64,000 nt of DNA, taken from NCBI GenBank assembly GCA_016184225.1, contig JACPDA010000004.1, positions 343,927-407,926 on the forward strand, written 5' to 3'. Within the stretch, counting starts at the first letter, position 1, and each line of letters opens with the position of its first letter. Origin of the DNA: Candidatus Daviesbacteria bacterium. GTDB lineage: Bacteria > Patescibacteriota > Microgenomatia > Daviesbacterales > UBA10151. Below are positions 25,384 through 33,764 of the stretch, piece by piece. The position numbers and the translations under genes are program-made. The notes under the pieces were generated by a model that worked only from the letters and a program-made list of their open reading frames with translations, was not told the DNA's origin and did not search any database.

Positions 25384-26577
25384 ATGAGTGAAGGCAGCTC
25401 GACTTCTGAAGAAGTACAAATAACGAAACCTGTCATTTCAGGTGAATCGGTAAGAGCTACTCCCCGATCGCGGATTTCCAGATTTAGCCAATGGCTGAGA
25501 AATTTTGGTAAAGGGGAAAAGCCTCCAAAAAATGTTCAACTAGAATCTACGGAAACAGAGCAAACTAAACCTGCTAGTAAAGAACCAGCTATTTTGCCTT
25601 CAAGACAAGAAGAGCGAAAGGTTGTGGTAAAGAATATTGCAAATATTCTGACAGATAAACTTAACAAAGAGAGCAATATTGTGCCTCTTCAAGTTGAGAA
25701 TATGGGAGTAGCAGCGATTGGAGGGACTAATGAAACTGTTTCCAGGGGATTTTTTGAAGCTATACGAGTCAAAAATCCTGATGGATATCTTGTAGGAGTG
25801 GGTGTCGGCAATGTTTTTACCCTTCTCCATTGTTTTCCGGAAGGTACACTTCCAAAAGGAATTATACTTGCCGATGTTGATCCGGCTGTAATAGCAATAG
25901 GAAAATTGATGGTTAAAAAGCTTCGTGAATCTGAAACTTTTGAAGAGTTTGATCGTCAAGTTCACGGTTTGTCCGAGGAAGAATTTATCCGAGAAATTCA
26001 AGAAATAGTCAGAGAGGAAGAAAATAGTATCCTTACAAAACGTTTGGATTCTTTATCAAGAGAGGATTGGACTAAGGTTTGGAGGTATACAGCAAAAAAT
26101 AAAGATGATGCATCTTTGTATAAATATTGGAATCCGGAGCAATACGATGGTACACCGTATCAGGGTGCACCAATCAATGTTATAGGTGCCATGAAGGAAA
26201 GATTCTCCGTTTTGAAGCAACTGGCAGATTCTAATAATATCGCTTTGGTCTATGCGGATTTTACTAATTCATCCTTTATTGATGCTGTGAGAGAGTTACC
26301 GGAATTCTCAAATTCAACCAATATCATTTATTTATCAAATATCATTGATCACATCACCGGGCGGGGGTATCAATTTGGGAATGCTAAAGTCATGGAAGTC
26401 TTGAAGGCGTATGAAAACTCTACTAAGCCACCCGTCTTTGTAGATACACTACAATCTTTAAACTATTTTTTGAGAGTTAGAAATGCGTTACCGGTTTATA
26501 CCCACGAAGATTTGATGATGCCGTTACCAAAGCACGGGGTTAAACCTGACGGACTGATATTCGCAGATACGGTTTAA
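25384..26577 (+). CDS. Hypothetical protein (398 aa)
   Basis: MSEGSSTSEEVQITKP... has a low-complexity N-terminus, followed by a region containing VGVGVGNVFTLL (Rossmann-like GxGxG?). No family was confidently recognised. Confidence 0.5.
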   Translation: MSEGSSTSEEVQITKPVISGESVRATPRSRISRFSQWLRNFGKGEKPPKNVQLESTETEQTKPASKEPAILPSRQEERKVVVKNIANILTDKLNKESNIVPLQVENMGVAAIGGTNETVSRGFFEAIRVKNPDGYLVGVGVGNVFTLLHCFPEGTLPKGIILADVDPAVIAIGKLMVKKLRESETFEEFDRQVHGLSEEEFIREIQEIVREEENSILTKRLDSLSREDWTKVWRYTAKNKDDASLYKYWNPEQYDGTPYQGAPINVIGAMKERFSVLKQLADSNNIALVYADFTNSSFIDAVRELPEFSNSTNIIYLSNIIDHITGRGYQFGNAKVMEVLKAYENSTKPPVFVDTLQSLNYFLRVRNALPVYTHEDLMMPLPKHGVKPDGLIFADTV

Positions 26578-26585
26578 ATGTTGAC

Positions 26586-26921
26586 ATGATTTTGCATATT
26601 GATACTAAAGACCAAAAAGTGGTTAAAGTTTCCCTGAGAAAAGAGGGGAAGATTATTAAGAGTTTAAGTGAAAGTCGGGAATATGGGTCACAGGTGCTTT
26701 TGCCCCTTATTTTCAAATTACTACGAACCTCCACTCCAGGAGTGTCAAGTCAATTCCACTCCAGGAGTGGACAGTGGAAGGATCTGAAGGGGATTGATGT
26801 AGAAACTGGGCCGGGATCTTTTACCGGACTTCGGGTAGGGGTGTCTGTAGCCAATGCTCTGGGATTTGCATTAGGGATTTCGGTTAATGGAAAGAAAATA
26901 GAGACGGATTTAAGCTACTAA
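26586..26921 (+). CDS. tsaB: TsaB/YeaZ-like protein, N-terminal domain only (111 aa)
   Basis: MILHIDTKDQKVVKVSL...LLPLIFKLL...IDVETGPGSFTGLRVGVSVANALGFALGISVNG matches the YeaZ N-terminal half, including the GPGSFTGLRIG signature. The protein stops about where full-length TsaB continues for another ~110 aa. Confidence 0.55.
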   Translation: MILHIDTKDQKVVKVSLRKEGKIIKSLSESREYGSQVLLPLIFKLLRTSTPGVSSQFHSRSGQWKDLKGIDVETGPGSFTGLRVGVSVANALGFALGISVNGKKIETDLSY

Positions 26922-26936
26922 TGTTATACTTTTTAT

Positions 26937-27824
26937 ATGGCTTGGCAGAATTGGTTTTTACCTCATAAAGACACTCACAAAAAAGCGCATCTAATTTCCT
27001 GGGAAGGGATGATAATCTATATCCTGCTTTTTATTTTACTGCAGGTAAGTTTTTCCATAGTAAATTACACAATGCCCGGGGTTTTAGGGATAAGTGCGAA
27101 TCTCGACCAAAAAAGACTGATTGAGCTGACTAATATTGAAAGACAGAAAAAGGGACTTCCGTCTGTTTCGGAAAACAGTGCATTAGATCAGGCAGCAGTA
27201 CTTAAAGCTCAAAACATGTTCCAGGAAAATTATTGGGCCCATTTTGCCCCTTCCGGGAAGTCCCCTTGGGACTTCATTATTGGTTCAGGTTATAAATTTA
27301 CCTTTGCCGGAGAGAATCTGGCAAAAAATTTCTATAATTCTGATGATGTTGTCGTAGCCTGGATGAACTCACCTACTCACCGGGATAATTTATTAAATTC
27401 TAAATATAAAGATATAGGAATAGCTGTGGTGGAAGGAGTGTTAAACGGCCAGAAAACCACTTTGATTGTACAGATGTTTGGTACAAATGAAATGTTGGCA
27501 GCACAACCTTCAATTGAGGTTCAAGGAAAACAGATTGCCGTACCGGAGCAAGCTTTCTCCAATACTCCTGAACTAGTTGGTGCGCTTGGAGAAACTAAAT
27601 TAAGTGCTAATGTATTGATAGGTCCATATATAGATCCATATTATGTATCTAAAGTAATTGGTTTTTCAGTCATAGTTTTAATTACTGTTTTATTAATTGT
27701 TGATATTTGGGTACTTAAGAGAAGAGGGGTTTTTAGGCTTTCTTCACACAATATTGCTCACATGGCCTTGCTTTCTTTGGCAGCCGGTAGTCTGTTCATG
27801 GCCGGTCCGGGAGCTATCTTATGA
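26937..27824 (+). CDS. CAP/SCP/PR-1 domain protein (YkwD-like) with flanking TM segments
   Basis: ENYWAHFAPSGKSPWD, GENLAKNF and WMNSPTHRDNLLNSKYKDIGIAVV are CAP-domain blocks. An N-terminal TM and C-terminal TMs are present. Confidence 0.65.
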   Translation: MAWQNWFLPHKDTHKKAHLISWEGMIIYILLFILLQVSFSIVNYTMPGVLGISANLDQKRLIELTNIERQKKGLPSVSENSALDQAAVLKAQNMFQENYWAHFAPSGKSPWDFIIGSGYKFTFAGENLAKNFYNSDDVVVAWMNSPTHRDNLLNSKYKDIGIAVVEGVLNGQKTTLIVQMFGTNEMLAAQPSIEVQGKQIAVPEQAFSNTPELVGALGETKLSANVLIGPYIDPYYVSKVIGFSVIVLITVLLIVDIWVLKRRGVFRLSSHNIAHMALLSLAAGSLFMAGPGAIL

Positions 27825-27985
27825 CACAAGTTGTGCTTAATGTTTTAATCTTAGGCATATTAATATATCTTTTGTGGGCAATATTTCACCATAAGAAAAA
27901 TAAGAGTTTGACTTTGCCTGTTTTTTTAGAGTATCTTTTAACTGCTGCCTTAGTTTTGATTTTACTTTCGGGAGTATTTTTTTAA
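27821..27985 (+). CDS. Possible small membrane protein (55 aa), not in the supplied track
   Basis: ATGACACAAGTT... encodes MTQVVLNVLILGILIYLLWAIFHHKKNKSLTLPVFLEYLLTAALVLILLSGVFF. Its start overlaps the upstream stop (ATGA). Support is weak, resting only on hydrophobic periodicity and translational coupling. Confidence 0.25.
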   Translation: MTQVVLNVLILGILIYLLWAIFHHKKNKSLTLPVFLEYLLTAALVLILLSGVFF

Positions 27986-27989
27986 AAAT

Positions 27990-28712
27990 ATGAAAGGTGT
28001 CATACTTGCGGGTGGTTTAGGAACCCGTCTTTATCCTTTAACCAAAGTTACAAATAAACATCTTTTGCCGGTCTACAACAAGCCAATGGTTTTTTATCCT
28101 ATCCAGACCTTGGTTCGCGCCGGCATTACAGATATTATGGTAGTGACCGGGGGACCGCACTGTGGGCACTTTTTATCCATTTTGAAAAATGGCCAGGAAT
28201 TGGGGATTAAACACTTGGAGTATGCTTATCAGGAAAATGAGGGTGGGATCGCTGAAGCGCTGTCACTAGCCAGAGATTTTGTTGATAGGGATAGCTGTGC
28301 AGTTATATTGGGAGATAACACTACCGATTATGAATTAAGTTCTGATACAGCTAATTTTACAGAGGGTGCGATGGTTTTCTTGAAGGAGGTGCCTGATCCC
28401 GAACGTTTTGGTGTACCTGTTTTTGATCAGGATAACCCTGAGCTGATAGCCGAGATTATAGAAAAACCTCAAAACCCGCCGAATAATTTTGCAGTGATAG
28501 GTTTGTACATTTATGATAATCAAGTATTTAACTTTATTGATGAAATCAAACCTTCAAACAGAGGAGAATTAGAAATTACTGATGTGAATAATCATTATGC
28601 CAAAGCAAGAAAATTGAGGTTTAAAAAAATGGAAGGTTTTTGGCGGGATGCGGGAACTTTTGACACACTGCTTGAAGCCAATAACTTCTGGGCAAAAAGA
28701 AAAGAAAGATAA
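27990..28712 (+). CDS. Sugar-1-phosphate nucleotidyltransferase (short-form RmlA-like glucose-1-phosphate thymidylyltransferase)
   Basis: MKGVILAGGLGTRLYPLTKVTNKHLLPVYNKPMVFYPI is the G-x-G-T-R-L nucleotidyltransferase signature. The protein is 240 aa, a short form. Confidence 0.75.
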   Translation: MKGVILAGGLGTRLYPLTKVTNKHLLPVYNKPMVFYPIQTLVRAGITDIMVVTGGPHCGHFLSILKNGQELGIKHLEYAYQENEGGIAEALSLARDFVDRDSCAVILGDNTTDYELSSDTANFTEGAMVFLKEVPDPERFGVPVFDQDNPELIAEIIEKPQNPPNNFAVIGLYIYDNQVFNFIDEIKPSNRGELEITDVNNHYAKARKLRFKKMEGFWRDAGTFDTLLEANNFWAKRKER

Positions 28713-28721
28713 AGATTTAAA

Positions 28722-29726
28722 ATGAAACTTTTAGTAACGGGCGGAGCAGGATTCATCGGCTCTAATTTCATTCATTATTGGTTAAAAAATCATCCAGAAG
28801 ATTTGGTAGTTAATCTGGATGCATTAACCTATGCCGGACATCCGGAGAGCTTGAAGGATTTAGAAGGTAACTCCAATTATCAATTTATTAAGGGAGACAT
28901 TGCCGATGGGGAAGTAGTAAAGCAAGCCATGGCAGGTATTGATACTGTAGTGCATTTCGCCGCCGAATCGCATGTAGATCGCTCAATTATTGATCCTTTG
29001 GTATTTGTAAGAACTAATACCTTGGGTACTGCAGTATTACTTAATGCTGCCATGGATGCAAAAGTGAAACGGTTTCATCATGTTTCTACAGATGAAGTTT
29101 ATGGAAGCCTAGGCCCTACTGATCCGCCGTTTACCTCAGAAACACCCCTCAAACCCAGAACACCTTATGCTGCCTCTAAGGCAGGAGCAGATCATTTAGT
29201 GAAAGCTTTCTTTGAAACTTACCGATTACCGATTACCGTTACCAATTGTGCGAATAATTATGGACCATATCATGATCCTGAAAAACTAATACCGAGATTT
29301 ATAACGAATCTCTTGGAAGGTAAAAAAGTCCCTTTAATGGGAAAGGGTGAAAATATCCGGGAATGGCTTTTTGTTTTAGATCATGCAAAAGCAATTGATT
29401 TAGTCTTACAGAAAGGGAAGATAGGAGAAACTTACCTGGTCCAAGGCGAAGAGAGAACCAATTTGGAAGTAACACGTAAAATTTTGGAGGTTTTAGGGTT
29501 AGATGAGTCTTATATAGAATATGTAGAGCATAGGTTAGGGCATGATTTCCGGTATGCGAATGACGGAACAGCTCTTCGGGATCTGGGATGGAAACCAGAC
29601 CACACGTTTGATCAGTCACTGGAAGAAACCATTAAATGGTATAAAGAAAATGACTGGTGGTGGAAACCACTAAAGGAAGGAAGGCCTAACATTGACCGTT
29701 CAGCACAAATAAAATATGGAAAATAA
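28722..29726 (+). CDS. rmlB: dTDP-glucose 4,6-dehydratase
   Basis: MKLLVTGGAGFIGSNFIHYWL (Rossmann) is present together with the YAASKAGADHLVKAF catalytic YxxxK. Length and blocks are typical of RmlB. Confidence 0.85.
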   Translation: MKLLVTGGAGFIGSNFIHYWLKNHPEDLVVNLDALTYAGHPESLKDLEGNSNYQFIKGDIADGEVVKQAMAGIDTVVHFAAESHVDRSIIDPLVFVRTNTLGTAVLLNAAMDAKVKRFHHVSTDEVYGSLGPTDPPFTSETPLKPRTPYAASKAGADHLVKAFFETYRLPITVTNCANNYGPYHDPEKLIPRFITNLLEGKKVPLMGKGENIREWLFVLDHAKAIDLVLQKGKIGETYLVQGEERTNLEVTRKILEVLGLDESYIEYVEHRLGHDFRYANDGTALRDLGWKPDHTFDQSLEETIKWYKENDWWWKPLKEGRPNIDRSAQIKYGK

Positions 29727-30276
29727 TTATATTAAAACTACATCAATCCCGGGACTGCTAATACTGGAACGACCTGTTTTTCCTGACGAACGGGGTTTTT
29801 TTAGGGAATTGTTTCATAGGGATGAACTGGAAAAAATGATTGGTTTTAATTTTAACGGGATCCAGATGAATCATTCGCACTCTCTTCCGGGAGTTTTAAG
29901 AGGAATTCACGCAGAAGAGTGGAATAAGGTTATTTACCCGGTTTGCGGACAGGTTTTCATAGCAGTTGTTGATATAAGGTCGGATTCCCCTACCTTTGCC
30001 AAAGTGGAAACTTTTATTGTAGATGATAATAACCGCATAGGACTTTTTATACCAAATGGACTGGCTAATTCGCTCTGTGTTATAGGAGATCAAGCGGTTG
30101 ATTATATTTACTTGGTAGATGCTTATTATGATGGCAGTGATACTAGGGCAATTGCCTGGGATGATCCTGACTTGAATATCAATTGGCCGATTAAAAACCC
30201 CATCATTTCGGATAGGGATAAGAATAATTTAAGGCTACGGGAGTTATTTCCGGAAAAATTTAAAGGCAAACTTTAA
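29716..30276 (+). CDS. rmlC: dTDP-4-dehydrorhamnose 3,5-epimerase
   Basis: The cupin fold is supported by FPDERGFFRELF, SLPGVLRGIH and AWDDPDLNINWPI. The gene overlaps rmlB by 11 nt. Confidence 0.85.
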   Translation: MENNYIKTTSIPGLLILERPVFPDERGFFRELFHRDELEKMIGFNFNGIQMNHSHSLPGVLRGIHAEEWNKVIYPVCGQVFIAVVDIRSDSPTFAKVETFIVDDNNRIGLFIPNGLANSLCVIGDQAVDYIYLVDAYYDGSDTRAIAWDDPDLNINWPIKNPIISDRDKNNLRLRELFPEKFKGKL

Positions 30277-30321
30277 ACAAACAGTTGACGCCGGTACTTG
30301 AAATTAGATATATTAACCAAA

Positions 30322-31338
30322 ATGGCAAATAGAAAAAGAGCTTTTATTACAGGTATAAGTGGACAGGATGGATCTTACTTAAGTGAATTGTTGTTAGACA
30401 AAGGATATGAGGTGGCAGGTTTTGTCCGTAGGAATGCAGCACTGGATTTTGGAAATGCAAACGAGATTAAAGATGAAATAAAAATTTATTACGGTGATTT
30501 GCACTCGGCGGAATCCATTGCTTTAGCGCTTTTGGATTTTAAGCCGGATGAGATATACAACCTGGCATCTTTATCTTCGCCTTTTGCTTCATTCCGCGAC
30601 AAGCTTGGAACGATCATGGTTACAGGGATAGGGGCTTTGCATGTTTTTGAACGGGCAAAACTGATTGTCCCTGAGGCGAAGATATATCAAGCTTCTACTT
30701 CGGAAATGTTTGGCGCGCCGAAGCAAATTCCTCAGAATGAAGAAACTCCTTTTAATCCTGCCAATCCTTACGCAGCAGCCAAGGAATTTGCTCATAGGAT
30801 GGCAGTTATGGCCAGGAATGATAAAAAACAGTCGCAATTTATTTCCTGCGGTATTCTTTTTAATCATGAAAGTCCCAGACGGGGATTGAATTTCGTCACC
30901 AGGAAAATTACTGCAGCCGTTGCCTGTATTAAGAATAACAGAAAAGAGGGTGTCCCTTTAAATGAAATAGGCGAACCGATTGTTAAAAACGGGAAGGTAA
31001 AGTTGGGCGACCTTGAGGCTAAAAGGGATTGGGGATATGCGCCCGATTATGTAGAGATCATGTGGAAAATGCTGCAGGCAGATAGTCCGGATGATTTTGT
31101 AGTGGCCACCGGAGAGGTGCACACCGTGAGAGAATTTGCTGAAGAAGCTTTTGCGGTTGCAGGTTTGAATTGGGAAGAATATGTTGAAGTTGATACCCAT
31201 TTCATCCCACCGGTGCAAACAGGTCCTTTGGTGGGTGACTCTTCAAAAGCAAAAAAAATCTTGGGTTGGGAACCAAAGACAAGATTTAAGGATCTAGTCA
31301 AAATTATGATCCATTCAGATCTCGCCAAGTTTTCTTGA
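30322..31338 (+). CDS. gmd: GDP-mannose 4,6-dehydratase
   Basis: RAFITGISGQDGSYLSELLLDKGYEVAGFVRR is the hallmark Gmd N-terminus. The start was taken at the ATG at 30322, whereas the track ORF begins at a TTG at 30298. Confidence 0.85.
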   Translation: MANRKRAFITGISGQDGSYLSELLLDKGYEVAGFVRRNAALDFGNANEIKDEIKIYYGDLHSAESIALALLDFKPDEIYNLASLSSPFASFRDKLGTIMVTGIGALHVFERAKLIVPEAKIYQASTSEMFGAPKQIPQNEETPFNPANPYAAAKEFAHRMAVMARNDKKQSQFISCGILFNHESPRRGLNFVTRKITAAVACIKNNRKEGVPLNEIGEPIVKNGKVKLGDLEAKRDWGYAPDYVEIMWKMLQADSPDDFVVATGEVHTVREFAEEAFAVAGLNWEEYVEVDTHFIPPVQTGPLVGDSSKAKKILGWEPKTRFKDLVKIMIHSDLAKFS

Positions 31339-32525
31339 TGAAAAAAAGAGTTACAGTTGTTCTCCCCACCTATAACGAAAAAGCAAATATCGAAAGAACA
31401 ATCGAAAAAGTTTTCGAACAAGAAAAAGATATTCCTGGTTTTGAAATAAATATTATTGTTGCAGATGATATACGGTCGTCTGATGGAACAGAACAAATTG
31501 TACGAAGCTTAATTAAGAAGAATAAAAAAATACATTTTATAAAAGTAGAACCGGGTTTAGGTGTAGGTTTAATAGAGGGTCATAAATATGCTTTGGAACA
31601 CCTGTCTCCTGATATCCTAGCGCAACTGGATGCAGATGGTCAGGTGATAGCTGATGTTTTGGTAGGACTCGTTAAAGCTATTGAGGAAGGTTATTCTTTG
31701 GCAATCGGTTCCAGGTTTATTAAGGGAGGCAAAAATCATCTCTCTTTTATCAGAAGGATTTTTACATATGGTGCCTCAATTTTTTGCCGTTTGATGATAG
31801 GCCCCTGGGATATTGGGGAAGTGACGAATTCTGCCAGGGCGTTTACCCCCGAGCTTTTCCGGAAAATTAACTTGAACAGGCTACCCTGGAGAGAGCCGAC
31901 TTTTATTGTCCAGCCGGCATTTCTGCATGAGGCTATATTGGCCGGGGCAGAATATAAAGAGGTGCCTTTGATTTTTAAAAACCGTTTAGAGGGTTATTCC
32001 AAAAATAAGGTTTTTAATTATACGTATGATGTGATTACCTACGGTATAGATACCAGATTAAACAGTTGGGGAGTTCATATTAGGTTTTTTCATATAACCC
32101 GCCGGGCCAAGACTTTAGTGAAATTTGGTTTAGTGGGATTTGTAGGGACTTTAGTAGACTTTGTATTTTACAAAATATTTATTAATAGTTTTGGTATCGC
32201 CCCGGCAACTGCAAAGGGATTTTCTACAGAGATAGCTATTATTAATAATTTTATTTTGAATAACTACTGGACATTTCGCTATCGCAGGACAAAAACAAAT
32301 ATTTGGCAGAAATTGGGAATATTTAATATTGTTTCTCTGGGGGGATTACTTATTGGAGTTTTGATAGTTAAATATTTGCATTTAACTTATGGGGATGGAT
32401 TTGTGAACTTATTCGGTCGGCCGATCGCCTACAATAATTTTTACTTCTTTGTAACTATTCCGCCGGTGATGCTGTGGAATTTTACGATTAACCATCTGGT
32501 GACTTGGCGCCGTGAGGAGAATTAA
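31338..32525 (+). CDS. GT2 polyprenyl-phosphate glycosyltransferase (DPM1/ArnC-like) fused to a C-terminal GtrA-like 4-TM domain
   Basis: VTVVLPTYNEKANIERTI...VADDIRSSDGT...DADGQ is a GT-A DxD-type GT2. The C-terminal LVKFGLVGFVGTLVDFVFYKIF... with 4 TM is GtrA-like. The start ATG overlaps the gmd stop (TGATG). Confidence 0.7.
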   Translation: MKKRVTVVLPTYNEKANIERTIEKVFEQEKDIPGFEINIIVADDIRSSDGTEQIVRSLIKKNKKIHFIKVEPGLGVGLIEGHKYALEHLSPDILAQLDADGQVIADVLVGLVKAIEEGYSLAIGSRFIKGGKNHLSFIRRIFTYGASIFCRLMIGPWDIGEVTNSARAFTPELFRKINLNRLPWREPTFIVQPAFLHEAILAGAEYKEVPLIFKNRLEGYSKNKVFNYTYDVITYGIDTRLNSWGVHIRFFHITRRAKTLVKFGLVGFVGTLVDFVFYKIFINSFGIAPATAKGFSTEIAIINNFILNNYWTFRYRRTKTNIWQKLGIFNIVSLGGLLIGVLIVKYLHLTYGDGFVNLFGRPIAYNNFYFFVTIPPVMLWNFTINHLVTWRREEN

Positions 32526-32528
32526 AAT

Positions 32529-32999
32529 ATGATCAAATGCACTTTTGAAAATGAAGTAAATGCTAGTCTTAGGCATGTGGTGGTTCATGCAATAGTTGAA
32601 AAAGATGGAAGATTGCTTTTAGAGAGACGTGCAGATGATTTACTGGAAGGCGGTAAATGGTCATTGCCAAGCGGGTTTCTGGGTAGAGACGAGAATGCGG
32701 AGGAAGGGGTATTAAGAGAACTAGAAGAAGAGACCGGTTGGAAAGGCGAGATAATTTCATTATTTAGAATAAATACCAACCCGAGTCGTCCTCATGAAGA
32801 TAGGCAAAATGTCGCGCTAGAATTTATCGTCAAACCACTTGAGAAAATCAACAAATCAGATAGCGAGTCTTCTGAAGTCGAATGGATTTCAATCGATAAA
32901 TTACCTCAATTTGAAGAATTTGCTTTTGATCACGGTGAAACAATTAGGTTATATCTAAAATACAGAGAGAATCCATTTCCACCCCCATTGATTGTCTAG
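32529..32999 (+). CDS. NUDIX hydrolase
   Basis: The Nudix box is GGKWSLPSGFLGRDENAEEGVLRELEEETGW (GX5EX7REUXEEXGU). Confidence 0.75.
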   Translation: MIKCTFENEVNASLRHVVVHAIVEKDGRLLLERRADDLLEGGKWSLPSGFLGRDENAEEGVLRELEEETGWKGEIISLFRINTNPSRPHEDRQNVALEFIVKPLEKINKSDSESSEVEWISIDKLPQFEEFAFDHGETIRLYLKYRENPFPPPLIV

Positions 33000-33000
33000 C

Positions 33001-33737
33001 TAGACACCTTCCAGGTGCACAACGCAGACACCTAATCTTCCAAGAGTAATCTTTCAATTTTCTTAATTGTTCGACCATATTCTTCTTGATCTAAAACAAA
33101 TTTTTCATAGGCACCCGGTGAAGGAAAACGATCGAGTACGTAATGAATTTTACAAAATCCATCCTCCAGGTCAAGAAATTGTCTATAAGATGAATACTGA
33201 TAAACCCTTAAATTTTTTACCAGATAATCTATTAATGGATTGAGATGAATGTATCTTGAAGTATGTACCAGTTGCTCGTCATCTTCTATTCTGACTGCTT
33301 TGAAACTCCCTTGGAAAAGCGGGCCAACTCTTTTATGCCTGGTATTAAAATATTTTGTATAGCTATTAGTTAATTTACTCAAGAAGACAGAAATGCCGTT
33401 TTCTTTAGCTTGTTTGAGTAATAAATGAAAATGATTAGGCATCAGGCAAAAACAGATTACCTCTATAAGAACTTCATTGCTGCTACCTTTTTTGAGAATA
33501 TTTGGCCGATTCTTAAATGAAAAACGAGTAGGAGGATTTTTAAAACGGTAATACTCTAAAGTTTGCAAGAATCGTTGGTAATCCCTCTTGTCCAAAAAGG
33601 TTAATCTTTTTTCAACCCCGCGGTTTACCACATGATAAAACTCATCATTTCCAAATACTGCTTGTTGGTATGTCATTAATTAATTGAACCAAACAAAAAG
33701 GAAGGTGTCAATATCTGTGCACCTTCCAGGTGTCTGG
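33001..33737. mobile_element. IS200/IS605-family or RAYT-like single-gene element (Y1 HUH transposase flanked by related palindromes)
   Basis: The left flank at 33001-33033 reads TAGACACCTTCCAGGTGCACAACGCAGACACCT. The right flank at 33700-33737 reads GGAAGGTGTCAATATCTGTGCACCTTCCAGGTGTCTGG. They share the 13-mer CACCTTCCAGGTG (hairpin CACCT/AGGTG). They end in a 9-bp inverted repeat, CAGACACCT on the left and AGGTGTCTG on the right. Confidence 0.5.
33032..33676 (-). CDS. Y1 HUH transposase (IS200-like / REP-associated tyrosine transposase, COG1943-like)
   Basis: YHVVNRGVEKRLTFLDKRDYQRFL matches the N-terminal Y1_Tnp block. CFCLMPNHFHLLL is the HUH motif, and YIHLNPL is at the catalytic Tyr region. 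Confidence 0.75.
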   Translation of the reverse strand: MTYQQAVFGNDEFYHVVNRGVEKRLTFLDKRDYQRFLQTLEYYRFKNPPTRFSFKNRPNILKKGSSNEVLIEVICFCLMPNHFHLLLKQAKENGISVFLSKLTNSYTKYFNTRHKRVGPLFQGSFKAVRIEDDEQLVHTSRYIHLNPLIDYLVKNLRVYQYSSYRQFLDLEDGFCKIHYVLDRFPSPGAYEKFVLDQEEYGRTIKKIERLLLED

Positions 33738-33764
33738 GTACAGGTATCTGGGTAATCGACAAAA

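Noticed and set aside
26735-26770. Duplicated palindrome CACTCCAGGAGTG as a standalone REP or operator site
   Set aside because: It is in-frame within the tsaB-like coding sequence. It is reported as part of the TsaB finding rather than as a separate regulatory element.
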